Numbered from the stretch's first letter, positions 1 to 9,172 are shown. The stretch is DNA of 64,000 nucleotides from an uncultured Acidobacteriota bacterium (GCA_963698025.1 OY969112.1:5445200-5509199); one strand, 5' to 3'. The notes: a model not told the origin generated them from the sequence alone. Program-made: numbers and translations.

Positions 1-1128
1 GCGCGGGTGCACCTCGGAGAAGACCTTCGGCACCAGGCCGTCGTGGCTCATCGAGTAGAAGACGCGCGACTGGCCGAGGAGCATGACCAGGATCACCGAC
101 GAGAAGCCGGCGAGGATGGCGAAGGTCACGAAGTTCGAGAGCCACGCGTAGCCCGGCATGTACTTGGTGATCGCGTAGGCGACCGAGGCCTCGCGGCCGG
201 CGGTGCGGAAATCCTGGACCGTCGCGATGCCCGACAGCACGTACGAGAACAGCACGTAGAGCACCGTGCAGACCGCGAGCGAGCCGAGGATGCCGATCGG
301 CATGTCGCGCTTCGGGTTCTTCGCCTCCTGCGCCGTGGTGGACACGGCGTCGAAGCCGATGAAGGCGAAGAACACGACGCCCGCCGCGCCCAGGATGCCC
401 ATGATGCCGCCGTAGTTGTGCGTGATGCCGGTGGGCGTCACGTACTGGGTGGCCTCGGGGATGAAGGGCGTGTGGTTCGCCGGGTTGATGAAGCCCCAGC
501 CGAGCACGATGACCATGAGCACGATCGTGACCTTCGTGATCACGATGATGTTGTTGACCCACGCCGACTCCTGCGTACCCCGCACCAGGAGAGCGGTGAG
601 GACGAGCAGGATGCCGATCGCGGGCAGGTTCATGATGCCGTGCACGCTCGGATCGGCCGCCATGCGCTCCATCGGCGAGTGGCACCACTGGTAGGGGATG
701 GCGCCCAAGCCCACGAGGTGGAGCACCCGGTTGAAGTACTCGCTCCAGGCGATCGCCACCGTGGCGGCGCCGACGGCGTATTCCAGGCAGAGGTCCCAGC
801 CGATGATCCAGGCCACGAGCTCGCCCATGGTGGCGTAGGAGTAGGTGTAGGCGCTGCCGGCGATCGGCAGCATCGAGGCGAACTCGGCGTAGCACAGGCC
901 GGCGAAGGCGCAGCCGAGGCCCGCCACGAGGAAGGCGAGCACCACGGACGGACCGGCGCGGTCGGCGATCGCCGCGGCGGTTCGGACGAACAGACCGGCG
1001 CCGATGATGGCGCCGATGCCGAGCGCGACGAGCGCGCCCGGGCCGAGGGTGCGCTTGAGCGTCCCCTCGCCGGTCGCCGCTCCTTCGGCGATCAGTTGGT
1101 CGATCGATTTCGTTCGGGTCAGCGACAT
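1..1128 (-). CDS. APC-family amino acid permease (N-terminal part; gene continues past window start)
   Basis: Minus-strand frame is open from the ATG at 1128 to the window edge. The translation begins MSLTRTKSIDQLIAEGAATGEG and has many hydrophobic TM segments and APC-transporter-like motifs (e.g. FAFIGFDAVST, KNPKRDMP). A GGAGGA RBS lies upstream. It is absent from the ORF track only because there is no stop inside the window. Confidence 0.75.
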   Translation of the reverse strand, partial: MSLTRTKSIDQLIAEGAATGEGTLKRTLGPGALVALGIGAIIGAGLFVRTAAAIADRAGPSVVLAFLVAGLGCAFAGLCYAEFASMLPIAGSAYTYSYATMGELVAWIIGWDLCLEYAVGAATVAIAWSEYFNRVLHLVGLGAIPYQWCHSPMERMAADPSVHGIMNLPAIGILLVLTALLVRGTQESAWVNNIIVITKVTIVLMVIVLGWGFINPANHTPFIPEATQYVTPTGITHNYGGIMGILGAAGVVFFAFIGFDAVSTTAQEAKNPKRDMPIGILGSLAVCTVLYVLFSYVLSGIATVQDFRTAGREASVAYAITKYMPGYAWLSNFVTFAILAGFSSVILVMLLGQSRVFYSMSHDGLVPKVFSEVHPR

Positions 1129-1151
1129 CCGGTGGATCCTCCGTGGAAGGG

Positions 1152-2675
1152 TTAGCTGGACTTGCGGCGCCAGGCGAAATAAACGGGGATGCCGGTCAGC
1201 ACGATGGCGAGCCCCGGCAGGCTGGTCGCCGGCTTGTAGATCAGCAGCACGACGGCGATGGTGGAAGCCGCCACGATGTAGAGCGCCGGGATCACGGGAT
1301 AGCCGAAGGCGCGGTACGGCCGCTCCGCGTCCGGCTGCTTGCGCCGCAGCACGAACAGGCCGGCGATGGTCAGCACGTAGAAGATCAGCACCGCGAAGAC
1401 CACCCAGTCGAGCAGGGTGCCGTAGAGGTTGCCGTACGTCACGGCGCCGTCCGCGCCGACCGAGCGGGTGCGGGGGAGCACCAGCAGCGACGCCCAGACG
1501 CCTTGCAGGGCGAGACCGAAGGTCGGGACGTGGCGCGCGTTCAGCCCGCCGGTCCGGCGGAAGAACAGGCCGTCGCGGGCCATGGCGTAGTAGACGCGGG
1601 CGCCGGACAGGATCAGCCCGTTGTTGCAGCCGAAGGTCGAGATGATGATGGCGATCGCCATCATCGTCTTCCCGGTCGGGCCGAAGATCACCTCCAGGGC
1701 GGCGGTCGCCACCCGGTCGTCCGGCGCGGTCTGGATCTGGTGGAGCGTCAGGGTGCACAGGTAGGCCACGTTGGCCAGGATGTAGAGGGTGATCACCAGG
1801 CCGGTGCCGGCGGCGAGCGACAGCGGAATGTTCCGCTTCGGGTTCTTCACCTCGCCCGCCGTGAACGTGATGTTGTTCCAGGCATCCGAGGAGAAGAGGG
1901 ACCCCACCTGGGCGACGCAGAAGGCGATGAACAGCCCGAACGCGCCGGCCGTGGCGGCGATCGGAGCGGCGATGGCGAAGTCCGGCTTGATCGTCGAGAC
2001 GTCCTGGGGCGTCCAGAAGTCGCCGAAGTTGGCGCCGATGGCCGCGCTGTTGCGGCCCACCAGGATGCCGAGGACGATCAGGGCGAAGAGCGACAGCGTC
2101 TTGGCCGAGGTGAAGGTGTTCTGGATCAGCTTGCCGAGACGGATGCCGCGGGTGTTGAGCCAGGTCAGGAAGACGATCAGCAGGATGGCCACGAGCTGCT
2201 GGACCGAGAGGCTGACCGCATAGTTTTCCGTCAGCTTGACCGGCGGCAGGAGCCAGGACTCGGGGGAGACCGCCGGCACGAGCACCCCCAGAAAGCGGGC
2301 GAAGCCCACGGCCACGGCGGCGATGGTGCCGGTCTGGATCACCAGGAACAGCGTCCAGCCGTAGAGGAACCCCCAGAGCGGCGAGTAGGCCTCGCGCAGG
2401 TAGACGTACTGCCCGCCCGCCTTCGGCATCATCGCCGCCAGCTCGCCGTAGGAGAGGGCCGCGGCCACGGTCATCAGCCCGGTCACCACCCAGACCATCA
2501 GCAGCCAGCCGGCCGACCCTACCTGCCGCCCGATCTCCGCCGGGACGATGAAGATCCCCGAGCCGATCATCGAGCCGGCCACGATCATGGTCGAGTCGAG
2601 CAGCCCGAGCTCGCGGAGGAAGCCCGTCGAAGTTTCCTTGCTGCGGCCTGGAGTCGCGGCGGTGCTTTCCGGCAT
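1152..2675 (-). CDS. APC-family amino acid permease (paralog of the upstream gene)
   Basis: The track ORF is 1152..2687 (TTG start). ATG at 2675 is preferred because a GGGAGA RBS sits 4 nt upstream. The product is a 507-511 aa polytopic membrane protein with APC-permease motifs. It lies 23 bp from the next permease and 15 bp downstream of the GGDEF-EAL gene. Confidence 0.85.
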   Translation of the reverse strand: MPESTAATPGRSKETSTGFLRELGLLDSTMIVAGSMIGSGIFIVPAEIGRQVGSAGWLLMVWVVTGLMTVAAALSYGELAAMMPKAGGQYVYLREAYSPLWGFLYGWTLFLVIQTGTIAAVAVGFARFLGVLVPAVSPESWLLPPVKLTENYAVSLSVQQLVAILLIVFLTWLNTRGIRLGKLIQNTFTSAKTLSLFALIVLGILVGRNSAAIGANFGDFWTPQDVSTIKPDFAIAAPIAATAGAFGLFIAFCVAQVGSLFSSDAWNNITFTAGEVKNPKRNIPLSLAAGTGLVITLYILANVAYLCTLTLHQIQTAPDDRVATAALEVIFGPTGKTMMAIAIIISTFGCNNGLILSGARVYYAMARDGLFFRRTGGLNARHVPTFGLALQGVWASLLVLPRTRSVGADGAVTYGNLYGTLLDWVVFAVLIFYVLTIAGLFVLRRKQPDAERPYRAFGYPVIPALYIVAASTIAVVLLIYKPATSLPGLAIVLTGIPVYFAWRRKSS

Positions 2676-2702
2676 AAGGTCTCCCAAAAAATTCGCTTCA
2701 TC

Positions 2703-4526
2703 CTACAGGGGGACGGGGACGATGTCACCAGGGAGCGGCGGCCGCTCTTCCATCTCGGCCCCACCCAGCGGCCGGGGCGGGCTGATCCAGTTCCCCTGGG
2801 CGTAGTCGACCCCCAGCGCCTTCAGGCGCTCGACCACGGCGGCATTGGCGACCCCCTCGGCGACCGTCTCGATCCCCATCACGTGCCCCACCTGGTTGAT
2901 CGACTCCACCATCGCCCGGTCGAGCGAGTCGGTGACGATGTCCTTGATGAACTTGCCGTCGATCTTGAGGAAGGAGACCGGCAGCTCCTTCAGGTAGCTG
3001 TAGGAGGACATGCCGGTGCCGAAGTCGTCGAGCGAGAAGCGCACCCCCCGGGCCGCGAGCTGGCCCATCAGCCGCCGGGCTTGGCCGAGGTTCTCGATCG
3101 CGGCCGTCTCGGTGATCTCGAAGCAGAGCTTGGACGCCGGCACCCCCGAGGCGGCGAGCTCGCCCGCGAAGAAGTCGAGGAACCCCTCGTCCCCCAGCGA
3201 GACCGCCGAGAGGTTGATCGCGCAGAGCTGCAGCAGGTCGAGGAAGGGCGCCGGCTGGCTCATCAGGGTACGGATCGAGCTGCGGATCACCCAGCGGTCG
3301 ATCGCGCGCATCAGGCCGTAGCGCTCGGCGGCGCGGATGAAGTCCGAGGGGAGGTGGATCCGCCCGTCGTCCTCGACCATGCGCAGCAGCACCTCGAAGT
3401 AGAGCCCGGGGGGCGCCTTGGGCGAGAGCGGCTGGATCTGTTGCGAGAAGAGCCGGAAGCGGTCGGCCTCCAGGGTGCGCTGGATGCGCACCACCCAGTT
3501 CATCTCGCCGTGGCGGCGGACGAAGGTGGCGTCGTCCTCCTGGTAGACCTGGATGCGGTTGCGCCCCTTGTCCTTGGCCGCGTAGCAGGCGTGGTCGGCG
3601 GCCGAGAGGAGGTGGGCGACCGCGCGGAACTCGCGGGTGATCGGCACGATGCCGATGCTGGCGCCGACGGTGAAGGTCTTGTCGCGCCAGGTGAAGCGGA
3701 ACTGCTGGAGGGCCTGGTGGAACTCGCCGATCCGCCGCTCGGCGTCCGACAGGGTGCAGCGGGAGAGCAGCACGGCGAACTCGTCCCCGCCGAGGCGGGC
3801 CACCATGTCGGTGTCGCGCATCGAGTCCTGCAGCAGCGCGGTGACGCGGCAGAGCAGCTCGTCGCCGGCGAGGTGGCCGCAGGTGTCGTTGACCAGCTTG
3901 AACTGGTCGAGGTCCATGTAGCAGAGGGCGTGGGTGTTGGACGTCGCGCGGGCCTCTTCGAGGGCGCGCAGGAGATAGCCGTCGAAGGCTTGGCGGTTGA
4001 GCAGGCCGGTCAGCTCGTCGTGGGTCGCCTGGTGGGCGAGCTGGAGGGCCATCAGGCGCTTGTCGGAGACGTCCTGGAAGACGAGCACGGCGCCGACGAT
4101 CCGCCCGTCGTAGGCGCGGATCGGGGCGCAGGTGCTCTCGATCGCGTAGCTCCGGCCGTCGCGCCGCTCGAGGGTGACGCGCTCGGCCAGGCGGAAGCTA
4201 GCCCCCTCCTCCAGGCAGTGCCGCAGCAGCTCCTCGACATCCTCGCGCTCGCCGCCCTGCCCGCGGAGGTGGAAGATCTCGGGCAGCGGACGCCCCAGCG
4301 CCTCGGCGCGGTCCCAGCCGGTGAGCTTCTCGGCCACCGGGTTGAGGTACTTGACCGCCCCCTGCCCGTCGGTGGCGAGGACGCCGTCGCCGATCGACGC
4401 CAGGGTGACCTGGGCGAGCTCCTTCTCGGCGTAGAGCTCGGCCATCTGCGTCTCGTAGGCGCGCGTCACTTCCGCCAGCAGGTTGCGCAGGATCGCGTTG
4501 TCGAGCTCGAGCGGGCCGGCCGTCAC
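2703..4526 (-). CDS. PAS sensor - GGDEF diguanylate cyclase - EAL phosphodiesterase (c-di-GMP turnover protein)
   Basis: An N-terminal PAS-like region is present. An intact GGDEF motif is seen (RLGGDEFAVLL). The EAL domain has its hallmark motifs (FEVLLR = EVL variant, DDFGTGMSSYSYL, KIDGKFIKD, EITETAAIE). There is a 4-nt overlap with the upstream FIST gene. Confidence 0.9.
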   Translation of the reverse strand: MTAGPLELDNAILRNLLAEVTRAYETQMAELYAEKELAQVTLASIGDGVLATDGQGAVKYLNPVAEKLTGWDRAEALGRPLPEIFHLRGQGGEREDVEELLRHCLEEGASFRLAERVTLERRDGRSYAIESTCAPIRAYDGRIVGAVLVFQDVSDKRLMALQLAHQATHDELTGLLNRQAFDGYLLRALEEARATSNTHALCYMDLDQFKLVNDTCGHLAGDELLCRVTALLQDSMRDTDMVARLGGDEFAVLLSRCTLSDAERRIGEFHQALQQFRFTWRDKTFTVGASIGIVPITREFRAVAHLLSAADHACYAAKDKGRNRIQVYQEDDATFVRRHGEMNWVVRIQRTLEADRFRLFSQQIQPLSPKAPPGLYFEVLLRMVEDDGRIHLPSDFIRAAERYGLMRAIDRWVIRSSIRTLMSQPAPFLDLLQLCAINLSAVSLGDEGFLDFFAGELAASGVPASKLCFEITETAAIENLGQARRLMGQLAARGVRFSLDDFGTGMSSYSYLKELPVSFLKIDGKFIKDIVTDSLDRAMVESINQVGHVMGIETVAEGVANAAVVERLKALGVDYAQGNWISPPRPLGGAEMEERPPLPGDIVPVPL

Positions 4527-5659
4527 GGGCCCACCTCGCGGAGGAGCACCAGGATGGCGGTGAGGTTGTAGAAGGCGAGGTTGCCCCGCGGCGTGGGGCC
4601 GATCTCCCCGCAGGTGAAGAAGCCCGAGAGGGGGACGCCGCCGAGCGCCTTGCGGATCGCCTCGGACTCATCCCCGGAGCGGTCGCCCAGCACCGCCTCG
4701 CGCCCCATGCAGGAGTAGAGGATCGCCGCCTCCGGCTCCGGGCCGGCCGAGAGCTCCGAGGCGGTGCGCACCAGCGAGAGCTCGTTGCCCATGCCGAGCC
4801 GCACGTGGTCGCCGGTCTCGACGTCGCCCAGGAAGGTGACGGTGCCGGGGGGATCGTCGAACCGGCGCATGCTGCGGTAGAGCCCCTGGCGCTCCGGCCG
4901 CGGCCCCTCGACGATCAGGGGGAAGCGGTTGGCCGCGGCGGGCATCGGGGCGAGCTCGCCGTCGACGGTGAAGAAGCGGCGGTACCAGTCGGCCGCCGGC
5001 TCGCCGGCGATCTCGTGGACCACGCCCGCCTCGGCGCGGGTGACCGTGTAGACGGGGGAGGCCGGGGTCCAGCCGCGCACCACCTCCACCCGCATCGCGA
5101 CGCCGTGCAGGGTCACCACCAGGCAGGCGGAGGGGAGCACCCGGTCGCCCACGAACACCCGCGAGCCGGCCTGGGTCACCGGCTCGCGCTGTGAGGCGAG
5201 GCCGCCGGCCACGAACGGCGGCATGCTGACCAGCGTCCGCCGCAGCTCGGCGAGGAAGCGCTCGACGGGGAAGCGCAGGCCGTCGACCAGCAGCAGCGCG
5301 CCGTCCGCCGCGGCGATGTGGCGCGCCACCGCCTCGATCCGCCGGGCGGCAGGGGGCGCGCCGTGGGTGCCGGGGATCACCTCCACGGTGGCGTGATGGC
5401 GCGGGTCGTCGAACCAGAAGAGCTGGAGGGTGCCGGTGCTCGTCGTCTCCGCGTCGGCGAACTGCGTCACCGCCTCGCAGCCGAAGCGCAACGAGTCCGG
5501 CCAGACCGAGGTGATCATCGCCAGCGTCTCGCGCAGCCAGGCCTCGGGGGGGAGGAACGCGAGCACCATGTCGGGCGGACGTCCGCCCTCCTCGGCAGCG
5601 GCGAGCAACAGCTCCCGCGGGCAGGGACCCCCGGGCAGATGGACGGTTCGGCTCCGCAT
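4523..5659 (-). CDS. FIST-domain sensor protein (FIST_N + FIST_C)
   Basis: The 378 aa soluble protein has a C-terminal GFFTCGEIGP-type motif typical of FIST_C. Its stop overlaps the start of the GGDEF-EAL gene (translational coupling). It is the first gene of the operon FIST / GGDEF-EAL / permease / permease. Confidence 0.65.
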   Translation of the reverse strand: MRSRTVHLPGGPCPRELLLAAAEEGGRPPDMVLAFLPPEAWLRETLAMITSVWPDSLRFGCEAVTQFADAETTSTGTLQLFWFDDPRHHATVEVIPGTHGAPPAARRIEAVARHIAAADGALLLVDGLRFPVERFLAELRRTLVSMPPFVAGGLASQREPVTQAGSRVFVGDRVLPSACLVVTLHGVAMRVEVVRGWTPASPVYTVTRAEAGVVHEIAGEPAADWYRRFFTVDGELAPMPAAANRFPLIVEGPRPERQGLYRSMRRFDDPPGTVTFLGDVETGDHVRLGMGNELSLVRTASELSAGPEPEAAILYSCMGREAVLGDRSGDESEAIRKALGGVPLSGFFTCGEIGPTPRGNLAFYNLTAILVLLREVGP

Positions 5660-5788
5660 GGCAGCTAGAGGCCGCGCGGCCCGGTCGCCGGCGGCGGCGT
5701 TTTTCCCCCTCGTTTGTTCAATCTGTGCGGTTGGATTGTACGCCCGGGACAGGGCAGGGGGAAGAAGGGGGGGCTTTTCCGTTTTTTC

Positions 5789-7423
5789 CTACTCCAGCCC
5801 GGCCTCCCGGTACTCCCCGTAGACCTCCCGCAGAGCGTCCGAGATCTCCCCGAGCGTGACCTCGGCGCGCACGCAGTCGAGGATCGCCGGCATCAGATTG
5901 CGGTCCTCGCGAGCGCCGGCGGCGAGGGCGCCGACTGCCGCCGCGGCGCGCTCCGGGCTCCGCCGCTCGCGCACGGCGCGGAGCCGTTCCACCTGCCGGC
6001 GCTCGGCCTCGGGATCGATCCGCAGGACCTCCGTCGGCAGCTCCCCGTCCGCCGCATAGGCGTTGACCCCCACCACGATCTCCCGCTTCTCCTCGACCGC
6101 CATCTGGTAGAGGTAGGCGGCGTCGGCGATCTCCTTCTGCTGGAACCCCCGCTCGAGGCCGGCGAGGGCGCCGCCCATCTCGTCGATGCGGCGGATGTAG
6201 TCGCGCGAGCGCTGGACGATCTCCTCCGTCCACGCCTCGACGACGTAGGAGCCGCCGAGCGGATCGGCCACGTCGGCGATTCCGCTCTCGTTGGCGATCA
6301 CCTGCTGGGTGCGCAGCGCCAGGCGCGCCGCCTCCTCGGTGGGGAGCCCCAGGGCCTCGTCGAGCGAGTTGGTGTGCAGCGACTGGGTGCCGCCGCAGAC
6401 CGCGGCCAGGGCCTGCAGGGCCACCCGCACGACGTTGTTCTGCGGCTGCTGGGCGGTGAGCGTCGAGCCCGCCGTCTGGGTGTGGAAGCGCAGCCAGAGC
6501 GAGCGCGGGTCCTTCGGGGCGAAGCGCTCCCGGACCAGCTCGGCCCACAGCCGCCGGGCGGCGCGGAACTTCGCCACCTCCTCGAGGAAGTTGTTGTGGG
6601 CGTTGAAGAAGAAGGAGAGGCGCGGCGCGAACTCGTCGACCCCCAGACCCCGGTCGAGCGCCGCCTGCACATAGGCCAGCCCGTTGGCGAGGGTGAAGGC
6701 CACCTCCTGCACCGCCGTCGAGCCCGCCTCGCGCATGTGGTAGCCGGAAATCGAGATCGTGTTCCACTTCGGCACCCGCTCGGCGCAGAAGGCGATGATG
6801 TCGGTCACCAGCTTGAGCGACGGCTTCGGCGGATAGATGTAGGTGCCGCGCGCGGCGTACTCCTTGAGGATGTCGTTCTGGACCGTGCCCCCCACCTTCT
6901 CCCAGGGCACCCCCTGCTCCTCGGCCACCACCAGGTAGAGCGAGAGCAGGATGGCCGCCGTGGCGTTGATCGTCATCGAGGTCGTCACCCGGTCGAGGGG
7001 GATGCCGTCGAAGAGCAGGCGCATGTCGTCGATCGAGTCGATCGCCACCCCGACGCGCCCCACCTCGCCGCGGGCGAGGGGGGAGTCCGAGTCGTAGCCG
7101 ATCTGGGTCGGCAGGTCGAAGGCCACCGAGAGCCCCGTCGTCCCCTGGGAGAGGAGATAGCGGTAGCGCTGGTTCGACTCGGCGGCCGAGGAGTACCCCG
7201 CGTACTGGCGCATGGTCCAGTGGCGCTGGCGGTACATGTCCGGATAGAGGCCGCGGGTATAGGGGTACTGCCCGGGGTCGCCCAGCTTCTCCGGATACGG
7301 GAGGCCCGCCACGTCCCGCGGCGTATAGAAGCGCCGGACGGGGATCTCGGAAGAGGTCCGCCGCTCGTCTTCTTCGACGGGGGGGGCGGCGGGGCGGTCG
7401 GCGGTCTTCGTCTCGGTGGCCAT
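5789..7423 (-). CDS. Methylmalonyl-CoA mutase family protein, catalytic (TIM-barrel) domain only; no fused B12-binding domain
   Basis: The 544 aa product shows strong family signatures ([66 protein letters not shown]). It ends before the C-terminal cobalamin-binding domain of canonical large subunits. Confidence 0.88.
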   Translation of the reverse strand: MATETKTADRPAAPPVEEDERRTSSEIPVRRFYTPRDVAGLPYPEKLGDPGQYPYTRGLYPDMYRQRHWTMRQYAGYSSAAESNQRYRYLLSQGTTGLSVAFDLPTQIGYDSDSPLARGEVGRVGVAIDSIDDMRLLFDGIPLDRVTTSMTINATAAILLSLYLVVAEEQGVPWEKVGGTVQNDILKEYAARGTYIYPPKPSLKLVTDIIAFCAERVPKWNTISISGYHMREAGSTAVQEVAFTLANGLAYVQAALDRGLGVDEFAPRLSFFFNAHNNFLEEVAKFRAARRLWAELVRERFAPKDPRSLWLRFHTQTAGSTLTAQQPQNNVVRVALQALAAVCGGTQSLHTNSLDEALGLPTEEAARLALRTQQVIANESGIADVADPLGGSYVVEAWTEEIVQRSRDYIRRIDEMGGALAGLERGFQQKEIADAAYLYQMAVEEKREIVVGVNAYAADGELPTEVLRIDPEAERRQVERLRAVRERRSPERAAAAVGALAAGAREDRNLMPAILDCVRAEVTLGEISDALREVYGEYREAGLE

Positions 7424-7454
7424 GGGGGGATTCTATATAGATAAGGAAGGGAGA

Positions 7455-7559
7455 GGTGGCCTGCGTGGGCGACCGCAGGTCGCCCCTACAACCTTCGATC
7501 CAGGTATGAGGTTGGACGGAGGGTGTAGGGGCGACCTGCGGTCGCCCACGCAGGCCACC
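7455..7559. repeat. Perfect 36-bp inverted repeat (arms 7455-7490 and 7524-7559, 33-nt spacer), each arm containing a nested palindrome GCGACCGCAGGTCGC
   Basis: The second arm is the exact reverse complement of the first, verified base by base. It lies between the stop of the 7591..8214 gene and the start of the mutase gene on the minus strand. An AT-rich TCTATATAGATAAGG stretch sits between the hairpin and the mutase ATG. Confidence 0.9.
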
Positions 7560-7590
7560 GACGTCCCGATCATCGCTTCGTCCTTCCCCG

Positions 7591-8214
7591 CTAGGGGTTC
7601 GCCTTGCCGCTGTCCGACGTCTTCTGGAGCACCAGCGACTGCTTGCTGGTGGCGTCGGTGACGCGGATCTCCCCGGTCATCACCTCGAGCTGCCACTGGC
7701 CGACCTGCTGGCCGCCCATGCCCAGGGCCTTCACGCAGTTGCCCGGGTCCTGGGTAGTGCCGGTCCACCCCTGGCCGGAGGGTTGGAGGGAGAGATTGCA
7801 GGCCGCCCGCATCTCGGTCGACGAGACCTGGCCGGAGCCCTTCGCGGTCGCCTCCGGTCCCTGGGTGAGGCGGGGCGTGAGGGACATCAGCACCTCGGAC
7901 CCCTGGTTGTCCAGGTGGATGATCCCCTGCTGGTTCAGCTCCTTGCCCTGGAATCTCCCCGAGACGGTGGCGAGCAGGTTGCCGGAGTCGTCCGTGCCGC
8001 CGCTGCTCTCGATCTTCAGCCGGATGTCGGCGTCGTCGCGCTGGAGCCGGTAGGTGCCCATCAGGGCCGCGGCGACCCCGGCGGCGTCTCCGTGCCGGGT
8101 CGAAGAGCCCTTCTGGTCGTTCCCCTGGGCCGCCGCGGGGGCCTGCCGGCCCAGCCCTGCGGCGAGAGCCGCCAGGAGGACGAGAGCGAGTGTAGAATGT
8201 CCGTGTCGTTTCAT
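7591..8214 (-). CDS. Hypothetical secreted protein (signal peptide, Gly/Ser/Thr/Gln-rich)
   Basis: A GGAGGT RBS lies 7 nt upstream of the ATG. The N-terminus MKRHGHSTLALVLLAALAAGLG-AAAQG is signal-peptide-like. The amino-acid composition is non-shadow-like, in contrast to the overlapping 353-aa Arg/Pro/Gly-rich frame. No recognisable family. Confidence 0.5.
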   Translation of the reverse strand: MKRHGHSTLALVLLAALAAGLGRQAPAAAQGNDQKGSSTRHGDAAGVAAALMGTYRLQRDDADIRLKIESSGGTDDSGNLLATVSGRFQGKELNQQGIIHLDNQGSEVLMSLTPRLTQGPEATAKGSGQVSSTEMRAACNLSLQPSGQGWTGTTQDPGNCVKALGMGGQQVGQWQLEVMTGEIRVTDATSKQSLVLQKTSDSGKANP

Positions 8215-8273
8215 GGTTATACCTCCGGTCCCTGGCCGTTGCGAAAACGTTCCAAAGTAGGGAAAGGGAGAAA

Positions 8274-9122
8274 TTGGAGATGTCTCTGAGATTGAACAGG
8301 GTCAGTGTGCTGTCTTTCGTTCCGGTTCTCATCCTCGTTCTCCTCGCGGGGTTGCCGGCCGGCGCCGCCCCCGCCGCCAAGGCCGCCCCGGCCGCCACCG
8401 CCGCCGCGGCCGGCCCCGTGGACCTCAACGCGGCGACCCAGGCGCAGCTGGAGTCGCTCCCCGGCGTCGGCCCGGCGACGGCCAAGAAGATCATCGCTGC
8501 CCGCCCCTATGCCTCGGTGGCCGACCTCTCCAAGGCGGGTCTTTCTGCCAAGGGGGTCCAGAAGCTCACACCGCTGGTGACCGTGGGCGCCGCCCCGGCG
8601 GCTCCCGCCGCTCCGGCCGCCCCGAAGCCGGGCAAGGCCGCCCCGGCGGCCCTGGGCGGTCCCGTGGATCTCAACACCGGCACCCAGGCGCAGCTGGAGG
8701 CGCTCCCCGGCGTCGGTCCGGCGACGGCGAAGAAGATCATCGCCGGCCGCCCTTACGCCTCGGCGGCGGACCTCTCCCGGGCGGGCGTCCCCGCCAAGAC
8801 GATCACCAAGATCACGCCCATGGTGACCGTGGCGCGCGCTCCGCTCGCCTCGGGGAACTCGGCGGGCGTCGAGCCCATCCGCCCGCCCGCCGCTCCGAAG
8901 ACCGGCACGACCACGACGACGACGACGACCACCCAGACCGTGGCCCAGACGCCCCCCTCCCCGGGCATGGTGTGGGCCAACCCGGAGACCAAGGTCTTCC
9001 ACCGGGCGGGGGACCCCTGGTACGGTAAGACCAAGCGCGGCCAGTGGATGGCCGAGGCCGACGCGGTCAAGGCCGGCTACCGTGAGGCCAAGAAGGGCGG
9101 CAAGGCGAAAGCGCAGCCCTGA
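8274..9122 (+). CDS. Secreted ComEA-like DNA-binding protein with two tandem helix-hairpin-helix units, a poly-Thr linker and a basic C-terminal domain
   Basis: An RBS GGGAGA is present and a signal peptide. The two repeats are PVDLNAATQAQLESLPGVGPATAKKIIAARPYASVADL and PVDLNTGTQAQLEALPGVGPATAKKIIAGRPYASAADL. The DNA repeats 8410-8540 and 8657-8790 are about 88% identical. A T9 tract and a C-terminal Lys-rich tail follow. Confidence 0.8.
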   Translation: MEMSLRLNRVSVLSFVPVLILVLLAGLPAGAAPAAKAAPAATAAAAGPVDLNAATQAQLESLPGVGPATAKKIIAARPYASVADLSKAGLSAKGVQKLTPLVTVGAAPAAPAAPAAPKPGKAAPAALGGPVDLNTGTQAQLEALPGVGPATAKKIIAGRPYASAADLSRAGVPAKTITKITPMVTVARAPLASGNSAGVEPIRPPAAPKTGTTTTTTTTTQTVAQTPPSPGMVWANPETKVFHRAGDPWYGKTKRGQWMAEADAVKAGYREAKKGGKAKAQP

Positions 9123-9172
9123 GCGCCGAGCGGGCGCATGGCCGGCGCGCAAGCTTCAGGAAAGGAAGGTCT

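Noticed and set aside
7-1155. 382-aa plus-strand ORF
   Set aside because: It is the antisense shadow of the minus-strand APC permease. Its Asp/Glu/Arg/Gly/His-rich low-complexity translation is typical of out-of-frame reading in high-GC DNA. It has no RBS or motif, while the opposite strand encodes a clear transporter.
1143-4571. 1142-aa plus-strand ORF spanning the permease and GGDEF-EAL genes
   Set aside because: Shadow ORF. The composition (RDGHEQ-rich) is non-protein-like. The real genes lie on the minus strand with coupled starts and stops.
5660-5788. Terminator downstream of the mutase gene
   Set aside because: The GC palindrome GGCCGCGCGGCC and a G7/T-rich stretch are present. No convincing stem followed by a U-tract could be drawn on the minus strand. 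The region more likely serves as the promoter of the FIST operon.
5714-7444. 576-aa plus-strand and 349-aa minus-strand ORFs overlapping the mutase gene
   Set aside because: Alternative-frame shadows. Only the 5789..7423 minus frame gives methylmalonyl-CoA-mutase family motifs.
7433-8494. 353-aa minus-strand ORF overlapping the 207-aa secreted-protein gene
   Set aside because: Arg/Pro/Gly-rich nonsense translation. It spans the divergent intergenic region and the 36-bp inverted repeat, and has no RBS.
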